A stretch of DNA of 64,000 nt. Source: Lama glama. Lineage: Eukaryota. A program made the position numbers and the translations under genes. Positions 1 through 14,040 of this stretch are shown piece after piece. How positions within the stretch are numbered: the stretch's first letter is position 1; every line of letters starts with the position of its first letter. The DNA is taken from the NCBI GenBank assembly GCA_028534125.1, contig CM052846.1, positions 1-64,000 on the forward strand, written 5' to 3'. The notes beneath the pieces were generated by a model. The model was not told where the DNA came from and did not search any database. It was given only the letters and a program-made list of their open reading frames with translations.

Positions 1-3000
1 GAAACCAGAACGTCAGGACTGGTGAAATCTCTGGACATCATCTGGTTCAAAATCCATGATGCACAGACAAGGGGCGGGGGCCCAGAGCGATGGAAACACT
101 CACCCACGATCTCCCAGCTGTGGGTTAGAGTCGGGCTGATGCAGCCTCGGGGTCTCTGCCTCCAGGATGCTCTCTGCGCCCTCCTGGCCCCCGACGGGCT
201 TCCCCCCTCAGCCTCACCCTGGCCACCCCTCTTCCCTCTGAGCCCACGTCCACTTAACAAGCACAGCGCATCTGCAGTCTCACTGAGCATATGCTGCTCC
301 TCATGGTGCTTCCACAGTAAGATTGGCTCCAAGGAGGGCAGACCCTCCACCGGAGAATCTGCCTGTTCTGTGACTCCAGCCTTGGCAGCAGTCCTGCAGG
401 AGGCACTTCCTCAGATCCACTTGATCAGGGCACAGACTGAGTGCTGGATTCTATATTGTATAACGGCCCCCGGGGGAGCCCCCAGGTTCCCGCTGCAGGG
501 AGGAGACGGAGATGCTGATGGGAGTTCCCTAGGCACCGACTGGGAGGCCTCGGGCTCAGGGAACAAGGTCTCTGGCAAGGGGGCCGGGCAGTCACAGGAA
601 TGCATTCAGCAGCCTCTGCGGGCAGCAGGGAAGCTGCAAACTACTGACCTCAGCAAGAAGCCCCCGCAGGGGGGCACCCACGGCCTCAGCCCTCGCCCGG
701 CCTGGGGCGACCGCTTGGATGACCGCTGGAGGCTCCACCCTCAGCTCCTGTTTTGCCTGGAGCCTCTGCACAGAGGCCTCATCGGTGCTGGAGGGAGGAT
801 TCCACCTCAGCAGGAGGGACAGCTCAGGGAGGGGGAATGGGGGAGGTCCAGGAACAGTCAGAACTGGTTCCAAAAGGACACGGAGACCGCAGGCCCTCCC
901 TGCTCCCCCTCCCCCAGCCGTGTCCTCACACCCTCCATGTCTGTGCCCTCAGATCCCACCCCTTGACTCCCCAAGGTTGAGCAAGACACAGCCAGGCTGC
1001 ACACAGGACGGGTGGCGAGGGCAGGGGGCCGGTAGCCATGGGCCATCTCCTAGACCATCTGGCCATCTTCTTGCACAGGCCCAGCCACCGTGACGCTGGG
1101 GGCAGAGAGAAGACGCCAGCAAACCTTCTGCAGTTACACTGATATCTCAGCAGCGGGTGGAGGAGAGGGGCCAGGGAGTCGGGTGGGAAGTGCTCTGCGC
1201 AGGGAGAAGGATGTCTCCAGTCCACACCCCAGCACCTCCCTCGTTAAACACGGGGTTTAGGGCCCAGGTTTGACCTTTCTGAGCCTCAGGGTGAAAGCGC
1301 CTCACAGGCCGGTGCTGGCTCCACAGAGGCCCTCCCTCCCCGTGCTGGGCAGACTCCAGCCGGGGCTATTTCCCAGCTGGCAAGTGCAGGCTCCAGGCCT
1401 CTGCAACCCACTGCAGACTGGTCCCCAAGGAGCACTTTCTGCAGACCTCAGTGACCCAAGTCGTCAAGCCAAGGGGGACCCCGGGACTTGGACAAGCTGT
1501 GCCCTGGGATCCCTCCCTGCTGAGGCTGAGGGTGGGGTCCAGCCAGGACCCAGCCTCATTCATGTTTGGCTCTCTGAGTCTGCATGGGCAGGAGGTGGAA
1601 GAGACACAAGGGCAGAGGACACAGGGCCTGAACAGTCTGGTCCCTTCTCTCCTTATCCTCAACCGGGACTGAAGTTAGGACAGAGCCCTGAGTGTGAGCA
1701 ACTCCAGGCCCCTCAAGGAGGGCAGTCAGGCCCCACATGGCCACCCCAGCTCTGGTTCCCTTTAAGACCTGCCCCCAGCTGCCTCACCTTACACACAGGT
1801 GAACTCTGACCCCTGACACAGCCTCCCTGCATCCCCGGCTCGTGCACACCTGTGTCTTTGCCCAGCTGCACCCTCAGCCTCTCTTCCCACTGAGATTCTT
1901 GATCCACAAATTCCTCCCTCTTCCCTGGTCCCCAAACCAGCAGTGATGGCGCCTTCCTGAACAGGCTAGTGTTACCGTCTACACTCACTGCCTTCACTTC
2001 TTGACTCAGCCGTCGATGTCTTCAGTTGTGTGCCTGTCTCTGCAGTGCGCCGGGGCAGCTGATGTCTTGGCCGTCCTGACACCACCGCCCAGCACAGGGC
2101 CCGGCACGCAGGAGGCATCTGAGGAGTGAGTGGGACACGTTTTACTCCCGTCACCTCCTCAGCCCTCCTGGATGAGCAGCGAATTTTTACCTTCAGGGTC
2201 TCAGGACGTCCCGCCCAGCCCTCACACCCAACTTGTGAGAACCATGCTGGAACCTTCACGGAGCGCAGGGCCTAGGGGTGGGACACCTCCTACAAAGGCC
2301 TTTCAGCCCAGGGCCTGGGGTGGGGGACCTGGAGCCGCACGAGGCTTGAAGCCGCATGAGGCTCGGACCTGGCGCTGAGACTCCGCTCAGGGTGTGTCTC
2401 CCCACCGAGAGGGAGTGTCGCATGTGTCCAGTCCTGCAGGTCAGGAGGCGCCTCACTGGGCGTGGCCTGGTCAGCCTGGTGAGAGGCCCCCACGCCCCAC
2501 AGCAGAGCCCCACTTACCAACCCAAGGACCAGCCTGCTGCTTCCGGGCCCTTCCTCTTCACTGTATCCCTGCACATTATAACGAAGCGTGCGCTGGACTC
2601 TGGTTGCTGCTCTGCCTCCCTTTCTTCAACAAGTCACAGATATGACCTGAGCCCCCAGAGCAGCTTGGCACGAGGTATCCTCACCTCATCTCTGTGACTC
2701 CAGCCAAAACTAAAGACGTTGACATTCCAGTTGCCTTTGCAGCTTTCACAGGGATCTAAACACAGTCTTTACTAGATTCTTTTGAAATATTAGCAAGAGA
2801 TTCCAGAATCCCCACTGCTGTAGGGCCCGAGGGCTTCTGGACCCTGTGGGTGAAGGCCCCGCAGGAGGGCTCAGCCCCTTGACTGATGCTTGGCTGTGGC
2901 AGGGTGTGGGCAGAGGAAGAGGCAGGAAGACAAGGCTCTGTGTGGGGCAGGGCTCCCTATTCTGCACCCCCTACCCCCGATCAGGGCTCGTTACCAGGAA

Positions 3001-3223
3001 AGAGAAATGATCATTTCAGCTTTTTTCAGAACCTGGCGGAGGCCAGGCTCTGACTCTCACCCTGGTCCCCAAGGTCCCCAAGGTCGTGGAGCAGAGGCAC
3101 CTCCTTCCCCGCCTCCCTCTCCTCTCCTCTGCACAAGCCTCCACTCTGGGCAATTCTGCAGCAAAGGGAGCTCAGAGCCTCAGGGCTGGGAGAACGTCAA
3201 AGGAATGTGGGCCCTTTCTGCTA

Positions 3224-3292
3224 ATTTTAGGGACAGGAAGCCTGAGGCCTAAGGAGGTGCAGTGACCTGCCCAAGGCTGCGCACACCAGCTG
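3224..3292 (+). mobile_element. MIR SINE fragment
   Basis: attttagggacaggaagcctgaggcctaaggaggtgcagtgacctgcccaagg resembles the MIR core. Confidence 0.6.
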
Positions 3293-6200
3293 GGCATGCA
3301 GCCGAAGCACAGTTGGGACCTGTGGACAAGGTGGGTGAGCTCTGGCCAGGCACCGCCCCTGCCAAGTGCAGCCCGGGCCCGGCAGTGTCATGACTGCCCA
3401 GGACCCCAGAACTGCTGATCTGGAAGAACCCCTAAGGGGCGGGTGTGGGACAAGCACCTGGACTAGACTCCACCCCAAACTCTCCTCCATGCATCTACTG
3501 ACACGGCCTCCCAGCCAGAGGTTAGAGAACACAGCCCCATCCCCTCTCGTCCAGTTCCGTAGCTGGCATGCGCCAAGTCCAGAGCCACGGCCAGGGAACC
3601 AGGGCTGGCGGGGGACAAACACTGGCCCAGCGCCTGTGCAGGGGGAGAGGGCAGGATCCGCAGAGAAGTGCGCAGGGACAGTGGCTGGTGCTGGGGGAGG
3701 GGTGGGAAGGATGGTGGGCAAGGGCAGGCGTGCCTGAGCCGGCCTGCGGGGGTGGCCGGGCACTGACCAGAGAGAGGGTGAGATGCCCAGCAGGAGAAGG
3801 CACGGAGGTGAGCAGCACCTGGCCTGGGGCATCCCTCCTGGGGAGGCCATGAGAGGCCGGAGGTCAGGGAAGCTGGAACAGGGCCCCGGGGCCCCTTTCA
3901 GAGCAGACCGTCTGTCTCTGGGTGATGGGGAGCTATTGGAGGCTTTTACGCAGGGGAACAGTTGGTTCAGATCTGATTTTAGCTGAATTACTTTGGCAAC
4001 GGAGGAGGAAGAACTGTGGACTGATTAGGAATTCAGGCCTAGGACGTGGGGAAGCTCCTGGTAGAAGTGCTTGAGGAATCAGAGCCCTGGCTTCCAGCCC
4101 CATGAAATGTGGGTGCTGCAGGAACCCCAGCCAGATGTGGGGGTAGCAAGGCCCCGCCCCTCGGACGGTGCTCCCCTTGCAGGAGCCCACCCACAGCCCA
4201 CACGTCGCCCAGCTTCCTCCTCTTCCCCATCCAGGCCCGCTTAGGACGTCCTCAAAATGTCCCCAGTGCCGATGTCCAGGTCCTCCCTGCCTCTACCCGG
4301 CCGGCCAGAGCTCAGCCGGCCATCCTCACTGTCTGTGCTCTGGGAGCCATGGGACCCACGCTGCCACCTGGCCGCTGTGGTGCCAGCATCCCTGAGAAAG
4401 CCCTCCTGATCCCTGCAACTGAGCTGCAGGTCCCCTCCTGACGCCTGGCCCATCGCAATGCCACTGGTAGAGGGACTCCCTCTCACCAGGCAGCTCCCCG
4501 CTCAGCCTCAGGCTGCGGCACAGCTGAGGAGCGGGTGTGGAGTGGGGAGGGGCGTGGAAGTAGAGCTGGTAAAGCGAAGGACAGCAGGGAAGTGGCTGAA
4601 AGTGCTCCCCGCGTCCAGCTGGCTTCATGCTGGAACTTCGCAAAAACGTTGCTACTGTGTTTCTGCCCGTTGGAAGCCCCTCTAAGCTGCAGGTCAGTTT
4701 TCAGAGAGGAAAACACACTCCTGAAGACGTGACTGCTCCTGGGACACTTACCCCCACATCTCCCTCCAGCCGCCCGTGAGGTAGGAGGATGGCACCCCCA
4801 TCGCAGGTGGGGCAACCCCTGCGCTGGGCGGAGGGAGGCGGCTCCATTGCTCAGCCTCAGGAGGAACCAAGGCTGCTGGTTAACTTTCGTGTGTTCGCGC
4901 CACTTGGGGTCCGGCCCCTGTAAGAGCCAGGCATTTCTAACTGAGAATCAACTCAGACCAGGCCTGGTGCTGCCCTTGGTCAAACTGAACCAAGGGAGCA
5001 GAGCTGTGGCCAGGGAGTCAGCAGGACCTGGGCAAAGCCACGCCCTGGAAAGCTGTTGTCCTGAGCAGTCTGGCCACAGGCCTTCCGAGCCGCAGCACCG
5101 GCAGAGGGGAGGGATCAAGACAGTGTCAGTGTGGTTTGTTCCCTCTTGTCAGCTAACAAAACCCCACAGGAGAGAGCTGGGTGGGTAGGAGGCGCCGCAT
5201 CTCCCGGAGGAGGGTTTTGACAGAGAACCAGCGAGTGCCGCGTCATGTGACCGCAGGCCTTATCAGCCCTTATCAGCCCTTTCATTGAGTCCTCGAAGAC
5301 AAAGGGAGGCCTATGCCCCACAAGATCAGATAAGGTTGTTATCACCAGGGTCACTGTCAATTTATGAGCCAAGGGGAAGGGCCAAGCTCCAGAGGCCAGT
5401 GAGTAAGACAAATACTCTGGCTTAAAAGCTGTGTCCAGACAAGGAGATCTGTGGCTGTGGTCGTCTGCTTGCTGAAATACTCAGAAGCAAACAGACTGAA
5501 GCCAGCTGGAATTTGTGGAACCGTGTTTCTGGAGAGCTCCCACACCCAGGCTGCATCAGCCTGAGGCAGCAAAGCCCTGTTCCCCGGCCCTACAGCACTG
5601 GGGTCAGATCTTGGTGCCTGCAGGGCCACCTCTCCAGGGCCAAGCCCAAGGGAGCAAGGACACTGACAGGGACCCTCCTGAGGTGGAGCCGAAGACGCAG
5701 GGGAAGCATCGAAGGAGCTCCCCTGGAGGCTGGCGAGGGCCTCCCACCCCTGCCCAGCAGGGCCAGTGGTTGCGTGGACCAGTCATGGAAGGCGGTCATC
5801 TTCAACTGTGGGTATTTTATCTTCTCTGCAAAGCGGAGTGTTAAGTAGCCGGGAGTGACTAGGGGGCTTTCTGCCCAGGGGACTCCAGGCCGGAAGGAGC
5901 GTATCTGGGAGGGTGCTGAGGCCCTGCCAGCCCCGCAGCACTGACAGCCCCGGCGGCAGTGGCTGGATGAGATTTGGGGATTCCCATGGGAATCGGGGGG
6001 TATGTCAGGGGTCAGGGACCTGGGAGGGATGTGGCAGAGGCCAGTGATCTTCCAAAAGCTGTTCTACGAGTCTTTGTCCTGAGCGATTTGCTGGCAGCTG
6101 GCCAGGAGGGGTGCTAGGTGAGAGGAAACACAGCAAGCGGGTGGGGCCCTAATTCTGAGCCACACATCCCAATGCCCCGCCACCCGCCCCTGCCCGGCAG

Positions 6201-7479
6201 GCAGCACCTCCAGCCCCAGCTCTGGGGCTCCCCTCAAGGAGCCGGTGTCTCCAGCAGGCTTTTAACCTTGATAATGAAAAGCACGACTTTATGAGCACCA
6301 GAAATTGGCTAAACTCATTAGTTTTGTTCTTAATAGAAAATTAATGCCCCACTGGAGGAGCTTTGAGCCTCACTCTTGGTCTCTTAGAACTGTTCTCGTC
6401 TGTAAGTGAATTGGTATCGTGTTTGAACCCAGAGGGAAGGATCCTCGTCCGCCCTTGAAAGCTCTGAGGAGCTCAAGAGATTGGCTGACAACCTCCTGTT
6501 GCCAAGCGTGGAAACAGCACAAGTGCTTCCAATACGGTGTTTCCCTGGTGTGAACCGGCCTGAAAGCTTTCACACCACCCTTTGCAAGGAAGGCGTGAGA
6601 GAGAGCTGCAGATGCAGCTCAGGTAACCAGGAAGGGCGTTAGGCGGCTCCACACCTCCAGCCAAAGAGCTTTCAGAAAAGACTAGGAAGAGGATTATTCA
6701 ACTGCTGTCACATCACAGACAGAGATGATTCCCGCTGTCTCAGGGCCCTCGGTGAGCGTCCCTGCAAATGCTCAGCCCTGAAGCGTGTCCTCATGCAGAC
6801 GTCCTGAGCTGACGCTATGGGAGTGGCCAAGGTCATGGCCGCGCCAGCCCTGGACTTGGTTCTGACGGGGCGGAGGTGCACTCAGCCCCTAGGTGGCTCA
6901 GGGTCTTAATTCCATTAGCAAAGTGAGGGTGTAGAACCTCAGAGGGCTTGCGCCCACTACTAACAGTTCTGAAGAACCTGGGAATTTCGAGTGCCTGCAT
7001 TACTTGGGGCTGACTGACCTTTGTTTGAAAACATACCCAAGATTAGTTCCAATCATGCGCAGTGAGGCCAACAGGTCAGGAGGCCACAGCCACCACAGGC
7101 AGACGGTCACTCACAGTTTCCAAGAGAAGGGCCCGCGGGGGCCCGGGGAGGGTCCGTCCGGAGTCAGAAGGAGCAAGAGGAGAACGGAGCAGACGCCTAG
7201 ACTGTGGTGTCGGGGCAGGAACGGGCGACGCAGGCTTAGCGGCAGAGCAGGCCACGGGCTGGACCGTTTGGATGACTCCTTTCAAGTGTAAATATTCAAA
7301 CATGGAAATTGTGCCCCAAAGGAGATAAAACAGTCTCCTGCCCCTAGAGACCCGCCCCTGGGGACGGCTCTGAAGCGCCCCTCCTTCCAGAGGAACCCCC
7401 GGTGTAGACGGACGGGAATAATTCTCTACAATCCACACGGTTCTGCACAAGCTGCTCCACCACCCTATTTATGCAAAAT

Positions 7480-7900
7480 GTCCCTCCAGGGTTTCACTTG
7501 AGTCACCATTTTTAAGGGTTACAGTGTTTTATTGTCGGGATTTGCTGTAATTTACTCACAAGTCACTGCTGATGAGCGTTCTGGTGGTTTCCGCTGCTTT
7601 GCAGTTACAAGCAGTGCTTTTATGAACGCCCTTGGGATGTGATTTCCTGCTTAAGGTAAACCAGCAGTGAACTTGCCCTTCCAAAGGGCAAACTCATTTA
7701 CGTTTGATACATGCGACCAAACTGCCCCCAGATGTCCCCCCAGTCCCTGGAGCTGCGGTTGTCTGAATCCTCACAGCACCTCTGAGACTGGGCTCCATCC
7801 GTCGTGCAAATCCTTTCCAATATGGTCGTGGGAAAATGCCTCGTTATTGTCGCTACTTGCACTTACTTAAAACCTTTGAAGACGACAGGAGCTGAAGGCT
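7480..7900. mobile_element. Old L1M-like 3' fragment
   Basis: AT-richer segment with L1M-type phrases (tttccgctgctttgcagttacaagcagtgc; atcctttccaatatggtcgtgggaaaatg). By eye only. Confidence 0.45.
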
Positions 7901-9893
7901 TTCTGTGGGTTCAGTGTGCATCGATGTCTCTCCCGTGTGCAGGCAAACCACCTGTTCAAACGCTTCGCCCGCTTTTCTCCTGGGTGGTTGTCCTTGTTCG
8001 TGCTGGTTTGAAAAGGCAGGGGGCCCAGGGGTTAGAGGGTCGACTCTACCTCTTCGGTCCTGGGCAGGAGAGCCCTCGCCCTGTCTCCGCATCCCGGGCG
8101 CAGTGATAACACTTGTCCTCCTGGTGTGGCTGTGAGGACTTTGTGATTTAGTGCATCCCCACACAGATGGGACGGTGCCCGGCACAGGATAAGCAGTCAG
8201 TAATATGTTAAGGATGGGATGAAATTCAAAATATTCGACAAGCGTGTTACACAGGTGTTAACCAATCAGGATGAAGATCAGCTGTGACACTGGGCAGCGT
8301 CCTACAGGCACAAGTCTGGAAATTCCCAGATATGGGCAGGGCAGCTGTCCTGGGGTGCTGGGGATTGGGAGAGGCCACTCAGGGCCGGAGAGGCAGCTCT
8401 CTACCAGCCTGGAAGCGGGCAGCATCCCGCCCTGTGGTCCAGCTGCACCACCCTTGCCGGCCAGGCGACTCTCGCAACCTGCCACCTGTCACTCGGCTTT
8501 GCCGAGGAGGGAGGCCTGGGAAGGGTTCTGACACGTCACGTCCTTAGACCGCGAAGGGTTCTGTCGGTCAGAAGAGACTAGAAATGTGTCCACCCGCCCC
8601 CAAGGCAGGGAGGAGGGGCACCACCTCCTGCCCCATGGAGACCAGGAGTCAATGGGAGTGATGGCTCCCACTCAGGTTCTTTGAGTGCTTTACACATTAC
8701 ACTATTTATTCCTTGTAGAATCTAAGACACGGACACTGCTTTATGCCCACCATATGGAGGGGGGCTTGAATCTCAGGCAGCCTGAGTGTGGGGACCTGGT
8801 TCTGGAGCCAGGATGTGTGTTCTGCCCCAGGGAACCACCACCGCAGGACTGCACCGGGCGCACGGGGAACAGGTGTGCCCCAACAAGAGCATGGCAGGAC
8901 ACGTCTCTGGGGGGGTCACAGAGCTGGCTCTCCGCAGGGCCCCCTCTCTCAGGCACGCCCCTCCTGGTCTCTGGGGTGGGACTGGTCCCCGGAAGGTGAC
9001 AACAGAACAGAGTGAACGCCAGCAGGTGAGCTAGCGGTACTGCCTTGGTGGGGCCGAGACGTGGGCAGCGGCTGCTCCTGCAAGAGGCCAGCACCTCTGC
9101 CATCCGCTGCACGTCCCCCGACCGGGGTGGGCAAACAGGAGAGCACAGCATAGGAGGCAGGGGGACATTCGCATCCTCTTTAAGCCTCTGAAGGAGAAAA
9201 GGATTCAGCTGGATGACTCTAGGGTCCCTGCAGCTCAAACATCCCCCCTTCCTGGACCCACCATCACCGCGGCCCCAGGAAAGCATGGGCTTTGTGGCCA
9301 TCAGCGCCGAGGTTTCTCTTCTCTCCATCCCTGGACTCCTGCCCCCGGCCAGGGAGGCCTGCCCCTCAGTGAGACTGAGCCGTCTGAGCACACTGGGCAG
9401 AATGACTGGTGAAGACGTGCTGATCACGGATGAGGAGCGAGGCAGGGCCGCCGCTGGCCGTCAGCAGAGCTGTGAGTCCAAGCGCGATGTTGGTTACTCC
9501 GCCCTGTGGGTTCTCATTAACTGTGAGAGATGCACAGTTGAGGGATGCTGGATTGTGCCGGGGAACCCACTAGGACAGCTCAGTCACTTCTGCGCACGTG
9601 CGGCCTGGCCGAGCAGGTGGCTCGGAGACGGCGAGCTGCTCTGAGGTGGCCACTCCTATCCTCCGTCCAGGAGAAGCGTCCCTGCAGCCCTCGCAGGGCT
9701 CACGCGGCAGAGTGGTGAGGGTGCCCGCAGCCTGAAGCGCAGGTCTCAAGCAGGGAGATGGGAGCGGCCTAGGATGGCCGCAGGGTCAGCCCGCGGGTCT
9801 CCCAGAGGAGAGAGGGCCGCTAAGCGGGCTCAACCCGCTGGGGCAGGAGTAGTTCTATGTTGGCCACACTGTTCAGATCCACCCAGCACATAT

Positions 9894-10205
9894 TGTGTTC
9901 ATCTGGCTTCTCCAGAGGAGCAGAACCAGTGGGAAAGAGCTTCCTTTTAAGGAACTGGCTCACGGGGTTACAGGGACTGGCAAGTCCAAAATCCACAGGG
10001 CAGCCAGGCAGTGCAGGCCAGAGCTGGAACCCTTTCTTCTTTGGGTCCTGAGGCCTTGGCCCGGCCCCACCCCCCACTGCGGAAGATAATCCCTTCCACT
10101 TCTTTGCAGTCCACTGGTCGGAAATGTTAATCATACCTACAGCATCTCGACCAGCATTTGACTGGACAACCAGACACCACGTCGACACAAAAATTGATCA
10201 TCACC
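9894..10205 (+). mobile_element. ERVL/MaLR (MLT-type) solo LTR
   Basis: 5' ttctccagaggagcagaaccagt...aaggaactggctcacg...ggcaagtccaaaatc and 3' gtcgacacaaaaattgatcatcac resemble MLT consensus ends. Confidence 0.7.
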
Positions 10206-12949
10206 AAGAAAACAGTGGCAAACTAACCCGAGCTCAATCAGAAGAGGGGAGAACACCCACACGACCCTGTCATGTGAGAATTACCGTAGGATCCACGGAT
10301 ATGGTGACTTACCTAGCTCTGTGTTTCACCGAATCTAAGACACAATTATATTCCATTTATAATTTGATGTACAATTTATTAAGAAACAAAAGACTCCCAA
10401 TTAACCAGACACAGTGCATTCCTACGGCATGGTTTAATTTTGTATTTGTTCGAAGAGCTGTTGAGGCTCCCCATGGCAGAGTCTTTTATTGTATTCTGCT
10501 CTTTCACGTGTATGAAAAGAAAACAGTTCCACAAGTTGGCTAAGATAGTCTTAAAACGTCTTCCCAGTCGGGACCCAGCTCTGCTGACTCTGCGCCAGTG
10601 ATCAGGGTCACCCACGAAGTCATCTGTGCAGTCACAGCCTCGGCTGGGGCATCGCTTTTACAGGAAACGATGTAAGAACCAAAAGCCTTGGATGCTTGGG
10701 AGCTGGTGTGTGATTAGGCAGAGCTGGCTGACTTGGACTCTCGCTGTGGGAAGTTACGACACATGCCTGACCCTGCGTCCCCACTGCAGTTTGGTTGCCA
10801 CCTGCATTGTCCTCGGAGTGCTTTTCTGCAGGTTGTAGGCTGAAGCCTGGGCATCTGTGCACCTGCCAGCAGCGAGCACAGTGTCAGGACTCCCAGCGGA
10901 AGCCACCGTGAGACGCTGTGGCGCAGTCCCATGGGTGTGCACAGGCGCTGAAACTTGGGGAGACGGAACACACCCACAGCAGGTAAATCCTGGCCCATGT
11001 GACGTGGCAATGACTGCCTTACGAGCTATACATTTAATTCGGGGCCATGATGAGGACTGGAGGGCTGGCTAGGGGGCAGGTGTGCCCGCCACCACACTGG
11101 TGTCTGGGCAGAGCCCCCAGAGGCGGCACAGGGCTGAACAAGGCACCTGTGAGGAGTCACACCCACCACACCCGTCTGAGACCAGCCCCACTAACACGTG
11201 TTTGTGGATTTTCCCACTCCAGGCCCGGGGGGCCTCTGACGAGGAGATGAGCCCCTCCCCAAATACGGGAGTGCTTTACGTCTGGAGAAGAGAAAGAAAG
11301 TCAACTGACAAAACATCACTAATGTTTGCTTCCCTGGATGAACACTGTGAAATCCTTATCGATCTTAATCGGGCAGCTGGACAAATAGATCTTTCGGAAA
11401 GTGGCCTTTTAGAAATTTGCTCAGATTGTGTCATCAGATACAACGTTTATCTTCCATTCACATCACAAGGTCGCCTCCCTCCAACCGCGCTGACCGCAGA
11501 GACCTCCTGGAGGGGCGTCGGACTGCACATTCACAGGATCAGAGCCTGTGACGATGCCAAGAAAGCAGGGAGGGTCTGCAGCCCCGGTGCCTGTGGGGAA
11601 CAGTGACTAGAGGGCTGTGTATCTCAGGGCGTTGGAAGACAGCAGGGGTCCCTGAGAACGAGCAGCCCTGCCCTGCAGTGAGACCAGTGAGAGGCTGCCC
11701 TGCGGGTGACACACCACAGCGTACAGACTCTTACACCATGCTCCTTGCGTGTTGGCCTTTGGTGGGGAGGGTGGTCCCTGATCCATTGCGGACATCCTGC
11801 AGGAGCCCCTGGCGGTGGGCACTGTGCTGGAACAGCCACCCCCTTTCTCCGTCTCACCCGCGCACAGCCACCAGGAGCCCCAGCTTCACCAACATCTTTC
11901 AAAGGCCTGACCGCCCGCCCTCCCCTGAGTACACACAGTTTCTGTTGTCCCGTGTTGAGAGTACTGTGTCCCCATGGTCTCGAGCAAGAGTCACCACCCC
12001 TGACACCTCTGCCTCCTCTGACTGCCCCGCGCTGGTCCCCGGAGGTCCAGGCTGAGTCAGACGCCCGGCTTTGACTGCGGGTGAGTCACCCTGTCCTCAG
12101 ACCTTCAACCTCCTCACCTGTGAGGTCAGACACACGGATGTGCCCTTATCTTTAGGCTCTCAACAGTGTCCGGGACTAAAGGACGTTGCTGGTGTTAGCG
12201 GTCACTGTGTGGGCGTGAATCAGCATCACCTCCACCACCGTCACTTTGTCCCATGGAAGGCACGCCTCATCGCAGAGGCAGGCCCTGCAGGACCATGACC
12301 TAACGAAGGAACTGCAGGGAGCACGTCAGTGTCCGGGTCCCGTTTTCCAGGTCGGCTATTTGGATGAAGTGTGAGTGTCTAGAGGAGCCGGCAGCCTGGG
12401 TGCTCTGTCCAGCAGGGAGGCAGGGCTCTCCGTGCGGCACCTGCAGCCCCAGCATTCCTCGTGGGAGGTCCACACCACATCGCCAGGACCCGGGCAACCC
12501 CTTCCTCTGCTGCCCGGAGTCCTCTGCCCTCCCCGCCTTCTCCCCGCCTTCTCCCCTACCTCTCACCTGCTCCAGTGGCTCGCGCCTTCCCTCTTCTGCG
12601 GTCGGAGTCCAGAGTCACAGCACGACAGGCTTTGTTCTATCAAGGTTTGGAGCAGGGATGCCTGGACCAGGGTGAAGGGACGTGGGGAGGGACACAGGCC
12701 AAGAGGTGCTGCTGAGCTGCTGGGGCTCCGTCCTGTTTGCCTGTGGACGTGCAGTGGAACTGTCCCCGAGGGCTAGGGGAGGGCATTAGGGGCTCATGTT
12801 CCAGCACAGCCCGCGCATCAGAGCCGTCCAGAGGAGAGCCCGCTGCTCGGATGGGACACACACGGCCACAGTTTCAAAGTGCTTGACACAAAAAAGCCAA
12901 TGGAGCTGTTCAAACCATCACAGGAGACGCCAGCACCACCTCTGTCAGG

Positions 12950-13280
12950 AAGGAACATGAAGGCCCTGAGCCTTTGAACAGTTTCCACTGTTGTGAGTTC
13001 CTAAGCGGTTGTAAACGAATGGTTTTAAAACTTTCATCAGCTGCTTGCATGGACAGAGTTTCCAGTTACTGGTGCCTATTGGGTGCTTGAACAGATTACC
13101 CCTACGTCTGAGGCAGGCGTGGCTTGGTAGCCATTTCACGCATCAAAACTGAAACACATACAGTTGTGCCCAGGAAGGCCAACTCAACGTCCTCATTTAC
13201 CCATTTTTATGGATTTCTGGAACTCTTACACAAATGCACTATTTAATGTCGTTCTTTGAATTGCACGTTTCACAACTTCT
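12950..13280. mobile_element. Old L1M-like fragment
   Basis: AT-rich, degenerate L1 3'-like sequence; by eye only. Confidence 0.35.
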
Positions 13281-13954
13281 CACCAGCCTTCAGCAGCACA
13301 GACGGAATGTGGTGACTGTCTCCTCGAGTCCCATGCAGACGCCCCCGGGTGCCCCCAGCTGTCCAGGGCACCACTCAACACTAGCCTTGTGCAAGTTCAG
13401 GAAGTGTCGTGGGAAGGAACCAAGGAGAAGGCCAGGCTTCCCAGCGAGGCTCTGCATCCGAGGAGCAGACAGCTGCCAACAGGGCGGGGTCCTGAGGAGG
13501 CGTGGGAGAGGGGGACAAGACCCCGAGCTGCAGTTCGGGCAGCTGGGGTCCAGCCCGGACAAGTGGGCAGGGGGCCTGGGGTGGGGGTGTTTAGCCCCCA
13601 GGAGCCCAGACTTCAGGTGAAGGTCTGCAAGGCCGACCGTGTTTACCTGTCTCTTCCTCCCCCTCCCAGGGGCGCCCCAGAGACACCCCTCCAGAGACAC
13701 TACCCGCGTCCCACGGACACAAGATGTTTCCATTTTAGAAACGCTCCCCCTCGTCCCAGATTTCAGTCACCTGGGATGTCGCTGTATCCCCTGTTCTGAC
13801 CGGGACCGCGATGTCCCTCAGCCTTGAAAACCACCCACTCAGACACCAAGCAGACCCGGGGACGACGGGCTGGTGACGCACCACCCAGTGGGAAAGCTCT
13901 GTGCCCCACATGGGCTCCTCCTGCTCTGGCCCTGACCAGCTGCGGGACCTCTGG

Positions 13955-14040
13955 CCACACATGTGCCTTTTCTGAGCTCAGATTCCTAATTTGTGAAATG
14001 AGGAGGTTTTACTAGGTGATCTATAAAGTACCTTCCAGAC
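13955..14040 (-). mobile_element. MIR SINE fragment
   Basis: ttttctgagctcagattcctaatttgtgaaatgagg...gtaccttccag matches reverse MIR. Confidence 0.65.

Noticed and set aside
22-966. 314-aa ORF at the window start
   Set aside because: Pro/Gly/Ser/Ala-rich, no domain, no splice structure; typical stop-poor GC-rich DNA.
11082-11606. 174-aa ORF with a protein-like middle (EHCEILIDLNRAAGQIDLSESGLLEICSD)
   Set aside because: No recognisable family and no in-frame exon partners; the AT-richer core fits a non-coding element better. A TBLASTN/PhyloCSF check would settle it.
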